Shown here: positions 50,731 to 60,261 of the stretch, one piece after another | Layout: each line of letters opens with the position of its first letter | Position numbering within the stretch: the stretch's first letter is position 1 | Source: Candidatus Poribacteria bacterium | GTDB taxonomy: Bacteria; Poribacteria; WGA-4E; WGA-3G | Length of the DNA: 64,000 bases | Direction: 5' to 3' | NCBI GenBank assembly: GCA_965242965.1 | Contig: OZ251518.1 | Span: 5,056,001-5,120,000 of the forward strand | Program-made: the position numbers and the translations under genes | The notes under the pieces: model-generated | Database searches by the model: none | Told to the model about the DNA's origin: nothing | The model's input: only the letters and a program-made list of their open reading frames with translations

Positions 50731-51141
50731 CTAGTAATGGTCACAGTTCTGAAAGCCTTCGAGCGCGGGGCCAACGGCCGCCCGAGCCGTTGCTAATGCA
50801 CTCTGTTTCAGGTTCACGAATGCTTGCGCTATGGCTATCCATGATGGCGCGAAAGCGATTTGCCACGGATCGCCCGAAGCCACAGCGTTCGCTGCATCAG
50901 CTCGCGCCTGCCGCAGATTCGCCTGCGCCTGAGTCAGCGCAGCTTCAGCATCGCGCACCGCGTACGTAGCATTGCGCCAAGTGTGATAGAGGGGCAAACA
51001 ATTTCCTTTCCCTATTGGATGTGCGAGAGCCGCTGCGGTGACAAACGTCATGGTGCCGAGCACCATAAGGGTAAGCAGACTGAGCAAATTCACGTTGAAC
51101 TTGAACAGCCGCATCGATTTCCGGTCTAACAATCTTCTCAT
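50731..51141 (-). CDS. Small secreted Ala-rich helical protein with a Cys pair
   Basis: AGGAG RBS; signal peptide ending ALA-H; C...C at the mature termini. Confidence 0.65.
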   Translation of the reverse strand: MRRLLDRKSMRLFKFNVNLLSLLTLMVLGTMTFVTAAALAHPIGKGNCLPLYHTWRNATYAVRDAEAALTQAQANLRQARADAANAVASGDPWQIAFAPSWIAIAQAFVNLKQSALATARAAVGPALEGFQNCDHY

Positions 51142-51386
51142 GATTCTTTCTCCTATCTCATGCTCCCTCTTGGGGAGCGGAAGGGATTTTTGACAATGCA
51201 ACTACATTCCAATCGCTGGCAGTTGCATGCCCTATGATAATACACGCGCACGCAGAATGCAAGAAAAACCAATTTTCCCAAACTATCAGGTGGCATGTCA
51301 TTTCTGCTTGCTTATGTTATTATACACCCCACCTGCGAAAAAGTTCCCGAAAAAACGCAATTTCTTCAATGTGCAGCAAAATACCC

Positions 51387-52010
51387 GGTAGGAGAGACCT
51401 CCTGGTCTTGATGCAGTAAGGCGGCGCGCCTACCGGAGCAGCATCGGCAGAAGGGCCCCTTTCACCGTAGGGCGAAGTCTGTCCCTCGCCATCGCTAGCG
51501 CAATCCAACGATCGCGGGGGACAGGCCCCCGCGCTACGATAAAAAACGCCACCCCCTCACCGTAGGGCGAGGGCCTGTCCCTCGCCATTGTCCGCGCGAT
51601 GGAAAAAACGTCTCTTAGGTCCGTAGGACCTTAATGTCTATAGCACGTGAGGCTGCGAGGAACGCTAAGGTCCTTTAGGTCCTTAATGTGTTTTGCCATG
51701 CGTCGCGTTTTTTTATTAAGGACCTAAAGGACCTTGAAAACGGGCCGGCACGTTTTTCTATAGACATTAAGGACCTAAAGAACCTAAGACAGCATCTTGA
51801 CAATGGTCATCGCGGGGGACAGGCCCCCGCGCTACGATAAAAAAAACGGTTCTTGAGCCATCGCGGGGGAAACCCGCTCGGATGCGCGTGTGGCATCCGA
51901 GGGCCCACGCGCCACGGGAAAATCAAGACCCGGAGGGCTCTCCTACGGAGGGGAATCGAGACCAGGAGGTCTCTCCTACCGGGAAGAAATCGAGGTATGA
52001 AACACCCTCA
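51387..52010. repeat. Repeat mosaic ending in a MITE terminal IR
   Basis: REP and AGGTCC families; TATGAAACACCCTC at about 51996-52009. Confidence 0.8.
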
Positions 52011-52131
52011 AGAGAAACGAAAAAAAAGGATTCGGATAGGGTTTTCACCTCAATCACTTTTGCAACTTTTATGCCTTGCAAAGAATCTGTTTTTATGCTA
52101 AAATTATCCCAAAGTGTCATGACAATTTAAG

Positions 52132-52333
52132 CCCACCTCTGTAGTCCGGGAGTGCCCGCTCCCGAACGGGTCAAGATCAGGCGATCTTGACCTACAGGAG
52201 TGATGCGGTCTGCCACCAAAACGCATGGCGAGGGAAACCCGCTCGCCTGCGCGTGTGGCACCCGAGGGCCCCAAACCCTACGATGAAGGGGGGGCTTTCT
52301 GCCGCCGCGGCTAACGAAATATGAAACACCCTC
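52132..52333. mobile_element. One-ended MITE remnant
   Basis: Right IR TATGAAACACCCTC; AATTTAAG direct repeat on both sides (52124-52131, 52334-52341). Confidence 0.6.
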
Positions 52334-52356
52334 AATTTAAGGAGAACCCCACAACA

Positions 52357-53457
52357 ATGTCAAACACAACACCTGTTCGCACCGTGATTGTCGGATGCGG
52401 TATGATTGCTGCAGGAGGCTATCAACCTCGGTGCCAAGCGTATCCGCATCGCATTGAACTCGTTGGCTACTATGACCAGGATGAAACCCGCGCCGCCGCG
52501 TTAGCCGAGAAATCTGGCGGCCGCGTCTACAAATCGCTTGAAGAAGTGCTGAACGATGCCAACGTAGAGGCGATTGTCAACCTGACTATCCATATCTCTC
52601 ACTACCCGGTCTCCTTGGCTGCCCTGAAAGCAGGGAAACATGTCTATTCCGAAAAGCCGATTTCCATCCACACCGATGAAGCGAACGAACTCGTTGAAAC
52701 GGCGGAGGCGATGGGCTTAAAACTAGCCTGCGCGCCCTCGGCGATACTCGGATACGTGCAGCAGAACGTCTGGAAACGGATTCGCGAAGACGAAATCGGC
52801 GAGGTGATTTCCGCCATCGGTAACTTCGGCGGCCCGCTGGAGCATTGGCACCCGAACGCGGATGCGTTCCTGATGCACGCCGGCCCCTTCCGCGATGTCG
52901 CACCCTATCCCTTAACGGCGATGACGACGATGATTGCCCCTGTCAAAACCGTTCACGGGTTCGCCAGAGTCGCTGTGCCGAAGCGGATGTTGCACCAAGG
53001 ACCGCGCAAAGGCACCGAGTTTGAAGTCACTGAGAAGGACCACGGGTTCGCCGTGTTAGAGTTTGAAAACGGCGCACATGGACTCATCTATCACAGCTTT
53101 ACCGTCGCATCCGGTATTCCACCTTACGAAATCCACGGCACGAAAGGCGGGTTCTCTTTGCAAGCGCACGATGACGGCCGCGGCATCCAAAAGTTCACGC
53201 CCGAAAACCGATGGACAGACGAAGATTCGCCGCCAAAGGCATACACAGGATTAGACTGGGGCAAAGGTGTCGCCGATTTCGCCGATGCAATTCGGAATAA
53301 CCGTGCTCCCCGTTGCAACGGCGCGCAGGCTCGGCACGCGCTGGAAGTCTGCGAACGTGTCATTGAATCCTCCGAACTCGGCAGACCGGTTGATGTCATC
53401 AGCCGTTTTCCTGCACCGCCTCCAGTTGGCGGGGTTGCACCGTGGGAGGAAAACTAG
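52357..53457 (+). CDS. Gfo/Idh/MocA family oxidoreductase
   Basis: IVGCGMIA, AGKHVYSEKP, WHPN..F..AGPFRD.APY; AAGGAG RBS. Confidence 0.9.
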   Translation: MSNTTPVRTVIVGCGMIAAGGYQPRCQAYPHRIELVGYYDQDETRAAALAEKSGGRVYKSLEEVLNDANVEAIVNLTIHISHYPVSLAALKAGKHVYSEKPISIHTDEANELVETAEAMGLKLACAPSAILGYVQQNVWKRIREDEIGEVISAIGNFGGPLEHWHPNADAFLMHAGPFRDVAPYPLTAMTTMIAPVKTVHGFARVAVPKRMLHQGPRKGTEFEVTEKDHGFAVLEFENGAHGLIYHSFTVASGIPPYEIHGTKGGFSLQAHDDGRGIQKFTPENRWTDEDSPPKAYTGLDWGKGVADFADAIRNNRAPRCNGAQARHALEVCERVIESSELGRPVDVISRFPAPPPVGGVAPWEEN

Positions 53458-53460
53458 GTA

Positions 53461-54172
53461 AAGGTGTTTCATAAATCCGTTTCGGCATTTATCCCCTTGG
53501 AGAGCGGCGACTCCCGCGCCCTCTTGGTAGGAGAGACCTCCTGGTCTCGATGCAATTGATGTCTCCGTAGGCACGCCCTCCTGGTCTCGATGCAATAGGG
53601 CGGCGCGCCTCCCGGGGCCGCGGCGGCAGAAAGCCCCTTCATTGTAGGGCTTGGGCCCGCGCAGGTTTCCACACGCGCATCCGAGCGGGTTTCCCTCGCC
53701 ATCGTCCGCGCAATCCAACGATCGCGGGGGACAGGCCCCCGCGCTACGGACAGAGAAAACCCCCTTTCACCGTAGGGCGAGGGCCCTCGCATGCCACACG
53801 CGCAGGCGAGCGGGTTCCCCTCGCCATCGTTCCCGCTACGGAAAAAACGTCTCTTGTTCTCTTCAGGTCCTTTAGGTCCTGAATGTCTATAGCACGCGCA
53901 CCAGCGAAGAACCCTAAGGTCCTTTAGGTCCTTAATGTGTTTTGCCATGCGGCGCGTTTTTTTATTAAGGACCTAAAGGACCTTGAAAACAGAACGACAC
54001 GTGCTGCTATAGACATGTAGGTCCTAAAGGACCTAAAACGCCCCTCTTGACGATGGAGTTCGCGGGGGCCTGTCCCCCGCGCTACAGGAACATCGAGCCC
54101 CGAGGTCTCTCCTACCGGCAGAAATTGAGACCAGGAGGTCTCGATGCCCCCGCGCTTACAAACCGCGCCTAC
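53461..54172. repeat. Repeat mosaic beginning with a MITE terminal IR
   Basis: GGTGTTTCATAAATC followed by REP and AGGTCC families. Confidence 0.8.
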
Positions 54173-56886
54173 TGCGTCGTTTTCCCGAGACTCAGCAAAT
54201 TGACGAACAGACGATACGCGCCTTCCACACCGGCTGGCAACTGCCGATAAAAAGCATACGCGGCGTAAGTGTAAGTTCCTTGTCCGTATTGCGCGTGGAG
54301 GAGGCCGCCGAGTTGCGGCTCCTGCCCCCGGTCGTTGCAGGAGAGGAGTGCCTGATAGTTCTCATCCCATTCGGTTAAGAATTTTGAACCGCGCTCCTCT
54401 ACCCAGGCTTCAAAATCGGCTTCCGTAATCCGATGGGGTTTCCGCAATATCGGATGCATCGGTTCCAAAATACGCACCGGTGCATCCTCTTCGGATACCT
54501 CCTCCGGTCTTCTGCCCATCGTATAGGGATAAGGCCCGAAGGGTGCCGCGTCAAATTCCGGTGTCTGATATTGGACGATGAGGTTGCCGCCTTTCTGCAC
54601 GTAATCGAGAAGCCTGCCGTTATAGGCGACGAGATCTCGGCGCACAGCATACGCGCGAATGCCAATGAGAATCGTATCAAAGATGCTCAAATCGCTGGTG
54701 CGGAGTTCATCCCTGTCCAGCAGTTGCACGTCGACACCGAGTTGTTGTAGTGCCTCCGGCACCTTATCTCCGACACCCATGACATATCCGACGCGCAAAT
54801 CCTCAGGGACGACAACATCAACAGTGTGGAGCGTCATCGTGGCAGGCCGATAGAGATGATGCGGTTCTAAATCCCGATGCGCGATTACCTGATACCCAGT
54901 GGTGTATTCCTTTCCGTTGAAGGTAGCGACAGCCTGAATTGTGTAACTTCCGCTAGTCTTTATCTCCTGCGCCGAGACGCGGAACGCCACGGTCTGACTC
55001 GCGCCTTCGTGTGTGAAAGCGAAAGGTGCAGATGCCGGTTCCGCACTCCAGCCTTCAGGCAGTTTCAGCGTGACGACACCTTCCGCTGCCCCTTTGACGT
55101 TATTGAGCAGTTCCACTGCCACGGGTATCTGCGCTAGATTTCCATGCGCATCTTCCTGTAGGGACGGATTTCTATCGCCGCCCGCCGGTATAACCCCAAT
55201 GCGCGGGGACACCGACACGCTAATCGCCGGTGCAACCGTTAGCAAACGCCTCTTCTCTCCCCAGGGTCTGTCAATGGAGACTGTCTGTGCGGGTTGCCAC
55301 AATTCAAATTCCACACCTTCCACGCGATAGGTTAAGGCTCCATAAACTTCGGGCGGCGCGAAGGGTAAAAAGCGGAATTCTGGGTTCTCAAGCGTATAGA
55401 CAGCGTCGTGGTATTCGGATGCGCGCGTCCAATAAGGCTGCGTATAGGCATCGGTATCCTGAGGCACTTCCACCTCAAATTGGATAGACACCGGTTCGTT
55501 TTGCTTCACAGTCGGAAGTTCGCGCCTAGCGGCACGGACAGTCCAACCGTCAGGCGTGCTAAGCGAGGCGTATTTCAACGCAATATCCACCGCTGTCGGG
55601 TTTACCAACCGCATCGCAATCGCAAAGGTTTGGCCCGGAATTGCCACGGAGAAAGTCTCTGGCGAACGGAAAAAAGATTCGTCTGCGCCTTTCGGCTGCA
55701 CCAGCACCTCCAACGAGAGCCCTAACGCAGCGTTCGCCGCTGTCATCAACTCCTGTTCCTTGTTCCGTAGGAGGAACAGCAAATGCGCATGCGCTGGCAA
55801 ATGCGCTGCTTCATCAACGCTAACGCTTTCGATTAAACCGCGCGTCGTTTTGAGTCCCGCGGCGAGGTGTGGGACGACTTTCCACGGTGCGCGGGCATCG
55901 AAAGCATTTATCGCGGTGTCCACACTCTCCTGAAGTTGCGCGAAATCAGCGGTCAACTCCGGCAGGTGGGCAATTTCTGCCATGCCTATAAGCGTCGTGT
56001 CCAGTCCGTCAAAGAGACTCTGTTCCGCAGGCGAGGGTTGCACTCCCGCCGCTGTCTCCACTAAACGCAACTCAGCGATGGAAGCCCCTTTAGATGCCAG
56101 CGTCTGTCCTGCGCCTTGCGAACGTTGGTAACTCAACCCTTTGCGCGCGATTTGCGCGTAAGAGAGCCCGAGCAACGGATTGTATTCACCCGTATCAATT
56201 TTGAGGAGCGGCGTATCCGCCGCGTCAGTTTCGCTGCGCCGCCATCTTGAACGCGTAATGTAGAGTTTCTTCGGTTGCCACGGATGCAAACCTGCCTCAA
56301 AGTGTTCAGGAAACCGATTTGCATCCCCCGCCGCACGAAACGCCTCGAACGTGACAACCCCTGAAACCTGATGGTGCCCGTGTCCATCCTGCTGGTTCCC
56401 CTGAAACCGAGAGATGATGACATCGGGACGGTACTGCCGAATAAGGCGCACCATATCCTCCAGCAGCATCTCCTTATCCCACTTCTCTAACGTTTCGTCC
56501 AGCCGTTTAGAATAGCCGAAGTCTACTGCCCTGCTGTAAAAGAGCTCAATCCCGTAATAGCGCGCCGAAGCGAGATGTTCTGCGGTTCGGACAATCCCCA
56601 GCGCGTCGAACAACTCCGAACCGATGAGATTCGCGCCGCCTTCGCCGCGCGTCGTGGAATATAACCCCGTTCTGACTCCCTGTCCGCGGCTGAGCCACGT
56701 CAACAACGGGCCATTTTCATCGTCCGGATGAGCGACGGTGTGCAGGACGGTAGCAGTTGTCCGTAAGCGTTGCAACGCGCGCCAAACTTCCGCTGCGTTC
56801 GTCATCCCGACTCTTTCGTCTGTATCTGCCATTGTCAAAGTGCCTCCGATTGCAAACGTTAAGATTAAGATAGCGATATATTTCAT
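54169..56886 (-). CDS. PIG-L/LmbE family deacetylase with NEW3-like Ig and class I glutamine-amidotransferase-like domains
   Basis: AHPDDE, TRGEGGAN, DFGYSK, HGHH, VGYVMGVGD, GIRAY, FYRQLP; signal peptide. Confidence 0.9.
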   Translation of the reverse strand: MKYIAILILTFAIGGTLTMADTDERVGMTNAAEVWRALQRLRTTATVLHTVAHPDDENGPLLTWLSRGQGVRTGLYSTTRGEGGANLIGSELFDALGIVRTAEHLASARYYGIELFYSRAVDFGYSKRLDETLEKWDKEMLLEDMVRLIRQYRPDVIISRFQGNQQDGHGHHQVSGVVTFEAFRAAGDANRFPEHFEAGLHPWQPKKLYITRSRWRRSETDAADTPLLKIDTGEYNPLLGLSYAQIARKGLSYQRSQGAGQTLASKGASIAELRLVETAAGVQPSPAEQSLFDGLDTTLIGMAEIAHLPELTADFAQLQESVDTAINAFDARAPWKVVPHLAAGLKTTRGLIESVSVDEAAHLPAHAHLLFLLRNKEQELMTAANAALGLSLEVLVQPKGADESFFRSPETFSVAIPGQTFAIAMRLVNPTAVDIALKYASLSTPDGWTVRAARRELPTVKQNEPVSIQFEVEVPQDTDAYTQPYWTRASEYHDAVYTLENPEFRFLPFAPPEVYGALTYRVEGVEFELWQPAQTVSIDRPWGEKRRLLTVAPAISVSVSPRIGVIPAGGDRNPSLQEDAHGNLAQIPVAVELLNNVKGAAEGVVTLKLPEGWSAEPASAPFAFTHEGASQTVAFRVSAQEIKTSGSYTIQAVATFNGKEYTTGYQVIAHRDLEPHHLYRPATMTLHTVDVVVPEDLRVGYVMGVGDKVPEALQQLGVDVQLLDRDELRTSDLSIFDTILIGIRAYAVRRDLVAYNGRLLDYVQKGGNLIVQYQTPEFDAAPFGPYPYTMGRRPEEVSEEDAPVRILEPMHPILRKPHRITEADFEAWVEERGSKFLTEWDENYQALLSCNDRGQEPQLGGLLHAQYGQGTYTYAAYAFYRQLPAGVEGAYRLFVNLLSLGKTTQ

Positions 56887-57058
56887 ACGTCTTCCTCCCT
56901 TTCCCCGTAGGCGAGCCCTCCCGGTCTCGATAACCTCTTCGGTAGGAGAGACCTCCTGGTCTCGACTCGCCGTAGGCGAGCCCTTCCGGTCTCGACGCCC
57001 CGTAGGAGAGCCCTCCCGGTCTCGATTTCTCGATTTTTCCATGCCGCAAAACCTACCA

Positions 57059-57955
57059 TTATCCGAGCGCGCCCCGGAGCAACTCCACACTTTGCTGCAC
57101 CCCCGTGTGCGCATCCGCCTTCCCCTCAAATTCAATCGAGACATACCCCTGAAATCCCACCGACTTCAGGATTTGCCCGATTTTCGCATAATCAAGCTCC
57201 AACGTATACCATTCCCCGCCGCCGTAATAGGTTTTGGCGTGAACAAGCACCGCTTCCGGCGCAATCTGCGCCAACTTTTCATACGGAACAGTAGGAGAGA
57301 CCTCCCGGTCTTGACTCCCCGTAGGAGAGACCTCCTGGTCTCGACTCCCCTCTCCGCTTGAATGCGAGAGAAAATTCCCGCAATCCATCGTCACTTTCAA
57401 CCATTCCGAGTCAATAGCCGACACGATGCGGTTCACACCTTCCGGCGTGCATGTCAACCCCCAGTGGTTTTCCAAAGCGAGGATAACCCCGGATTTCTCT
57501 GCATCCGGCAGGCACTCCTCAATAGCGGCGATAACCCAAGTGAACGCCTCATCTTCAGTGTGGCCGGGGAGCACCGGTTCATGTCCTTCCATCCGCATCA
57601 ATTCGTTAAAAGAGCCCGCGGTGCCCCATCGTCCGGAATTAAGCCGAATCGCGGGAATGCCGAGCTCGTGTGCCAAACGGATGCAGTGGACAGTGTGATT
57701 GATATTTTTCTGCCGCGTCTCCGCGTCTGGCGAAACGAAGCCTTGATGAATGGAGAGCGCGTAGAGATCGAGCCCGTGAATGAACGCGAGCCGCTTCAGG
57801 TTCTGCAGATACGAATTCGCCTCAGATGCCATCTGTTGATGCAGGATTTCAACGCCATCTAATTCCATGCGTGCGGCTTCCTCAATGACATGCTCAATCG
57901 GGACGCGTTCGGGGGTAAAATGCCAATATGAATACGTAGATACGCCAAGTTTCAT
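57059..57955 (-). CDS. Sugar phosphate isomerase/epimerase (xylose-isomerase-like TIM barrel) with an in-frame REP insertion
   Basis: STYSYW, DGVEIL, LENHWG, D.GNF, VHAK, SIEFEG. Confidence 0.9.
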   Translation of the reverse strand: MKLGVSTYSYWHFTPERVPIEHVIEEAARMELDGVEILHQQMASEANSYLQNLKRLAFIHGLDLYALSIHQGFVSPDAETRQKNINHTVHCIRLAHELGIPAIRLNSGRWGTAGSFNELMRMEGHEPVLPGHTEDEAFTWVIAAIEECLPDAEKSGVILALENHWGLTCTPEGVNRIVSAIDSEWLKVTMDCGNFLSHSSGEGSRDQEVSPTGSQDREVSPTVPYEKLAQIAPEAVLVHAKTYYGGGEWYTLELDYAKIGQILKSVGFQGYVSIEFEGKADAHTGVQQSVELLRGALG

Positions 57956-58243
57956 CTATCACCTCTAATTGGTTGTTGGAGATATGATAACATCATTTGC
58001 AGTATAAAATCCACACTTTTTTCCCACCCCTCACCGTAGGGCGAGGGCCTGTCCCTCGCCATGCTCCGACCTGAGGATTATGATTTCGTTCTCTATTTCC
58101 CCACACTCCTTCCCTTGCCGTAGGGCGAGGGCCTGTCCCTCGCCACGCTCCGACCTAAGGATACAATTCTTTCAATAAATCCCCGAATTTCGTAGAGCGA
58201 AGGAGCTTTCCTTCGTCCGTCCTTCGCCATGTCCCGATTTCAT

Positions 58244-58283
58244 AAAAAAAACCGCCGCGTGCCTCTATGACACACGGCGGTTT
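58244..58283 (-). terminator. Intrinsic terminator
   Basis: CCGCCGTGTGTC-ATAGA-GGCACGCGGCGG stem followed by T8 on the minus strand. Confidence 0.8.
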
Positions 58284-58300
58284 GGGAAATAAACCGATTT

Positions 58301-58594
58301 CTACCTCCCCTTTTTATTTTTCCGTTTTTTTTGTTCCAATTGCCGAGTTTCTGCCTCTAGTTCCATTTTCCTGATTTTCATTTCTGCCTTTAGTTCCAAT
58401 CTTGTGATTTCAAGCTGCACCTCGCTTTTTAGTTGCTCGCACTTAAAGTGGCAGTTGAAACCAATCCAAAATATGACAAGTATTACTAAACCTATAAACA
58501 CAACATTAGGGTTGGCATTTTCAACAATAATTTTCAGCATCCCTAATGCCGTTCCAAGCACTCCTTTTTTTAAAAGGAATTTTCTAAATTTCAT
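58301..58594 (-). CDS. Low-GC small membrane protein with coiled-coil basic tail
   Basis: GAGGAAGGA RBS, TM helix, own terminator, AT-rich codon usage. Confidence 0.6.
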   Translation of the reverse strand: MKFRKFLLKKGVLGTALGMLKIIVENANPNVVFIGLVILVIFWIGFNCHFKCEQLKSEVQLEITRLELKAEMKIRKMELEAETRQLEQKKRKNKKGR

Positions 58595-58867
58595 GAGTTC
58601 CTTCCTCTATTTTTTAATATGTAGAGCCAAGTTTGAGTTCAGTCTCCACCCATAGTAAATTCTCACGTTGCTTTAAACTTGCTGATATGAAGTCCGTAGA
58701 CTTTTTGGTTAATATTCGCACCCCCTAATGTATGTTATGTCAACTCTAATTTCAATACCGTATACGCCTAGTGATGAGTAAAAATCACTATTAAGTTAGA
58801 CGAGAAAAAGAGGAAAAGGTTTAAAATTTTCATGAAATCCCTCTTTCGCAGTGATACCAAATTACGT

Positions 58868-59357
58868 GAGGGAGTTTCATAACTCGCTCAACGTCGCGGG
58901 AACAGGCCCCGCGCTGCGGGAAAAAACGCCACCCCTTCACGTAGGGCGAGGGCCTGTCCCTCGCCATGCCTTGATCAGGGAAACGGCCTTGGCTGGCGTT
59001 TTTCGCGTAGGTCGAGCGATCGCGGGGGACAGGCCCCCGCGCTACGGTAGATGAGGCGACCTTGCTCTTGACCCGTTCGGGAGCAGGTGCTCCCGAACTA
59101 CAGTCTCTTCAAGGTCCGTAGGACCTTAATGTCTATAGCACGCGCAGGCTGTCGCGTCCTCAAGGTCCGTAGGACCTTAATGTCTTCTGCGGCGTTACGT
59201 GTGCCGTTGATTAAGGACCTAAAGGACCTTAGGATTCTTCGCGGGCGCGCGAACTATAGACATGCAGGACCTAAAGGACCTGAAGAGGTTTTTCACGTGA
59301 ACGATCGCGGGGGACAGGCCCCCGCGCTACGGGCCCGGAAAGGGGTTCGCCTCGCCA
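58868..59357. repeat. Repeat mosaic beginning with a MITE terminal IR
   Basis: GAGGGAGTTTCATAACTCGCTCAACGTCGCG, near-identical to the start of the 2782 element. Confidence 0.8.
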
Positions 59358-59362
59358 TATCT

Positions 59363-60232
59363 CTAGGGATCTGAGCGTTCCTTGGGCGCGCTGTCACGCT
59401 GTCTTAAATGCGGCGGTAAGCGCACTCTTTGATGCCTGTCAACGGTGGAATAGACACTGGCGAGAAACGTCTCATCCGTGGTAAACGCATAGAGAATGCT
59501 GTTGAAAAGAATGGGATCTTGGAGAGCTATCCAGAGGCTCCCCTCGGCTGTCCCATGTTTTTCAAACACGGCTTTTATCCAGCGTCTATCCTCGGAGAGA
59601 TGTGTCTCCGCCACACTTGACAGCGGCATTTTGAAATACCGGACAATCAGGGTCCACTCTGCCGGCATTAACTTAATAGTTGCGGGAATGCCGAAACGGC
59701 GTTCCAGCATCTCTCTCGCCGCCGAGGTTGCCATGAGTCGAGGCCCCGTGCGCGGGGAAAGAACGAACTCCCCAGTGCGCTCAGAGTTCGGTAGATCTCC
59801 GCCCTCATTCCTAGCTCTGTACATCCAAGCCCCTGTCACCTCAAAGTGGACGAGGAAATGTTCCGCAGCCGTTATCTCGTCAACGCTATCAACGCCGAGT
59901 TGCTCCCAGTAGGAGGAGAGGTAGCGTTCTTTCGGTGGCAAAATCCTGTTGCTAATCTTCTCAAAGTCAATAATCGTCTCAAACGCATTCACCGGTGCCG
60001 CGTCCGGATGCGCCTCCGCGAGGAAAGCGAGATATTCGGGACTCTCGGCGAGTCTGCGGAACGTTTGGAGGTTCACATCAAGGATGTCGCCGGGGAACTT
60101 CTGTCTGAGGCGCGTGAACGCCGCTTGCTCTAGTGCGGTAGGTTCTCTGTCCTCGTGCAGGTAGTCGGCTGCAGCGGTGAACACACCGCCGCTGACCCAA
60201 GCGAGCAGCACGAGCCATGCTAAGGTTTTCAT
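59363..60232 (-). CDS. Secreted hypothetical protein
   Basis: AGGAGG RBS, signal peptide ending AAA-D. Confidence 0.75.
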   Translation of the reverse strand: MKTLAWLVLLAWVSGGVFTAAADYLHEDREPTALEQAAFTRLRQKFPGDILDVNLQTFRRLAESPEYLAFLAEAHPDAAPVNAFETIIDFEKISNRILPPKERYLSSYWEQLGVDSVDEITAAEHFLVHFEVTGAWMYRARNEGGDLPNSERTGEFVLSPRTGPRLMATSAAREMLERRFGIPATIKLMPAEWTLIVRYFKMPLSSVAETHLSEDRRWIKAVFEKHGTAEGSLWIALQDPILFNSILYAFTTDETFLASVYSTVDRHQRVRLPPHLRQRDSAPKERSDP

Positions 60233-60261
60233 GAGAATGCCTCCTATGTGGCTTATTCTGA

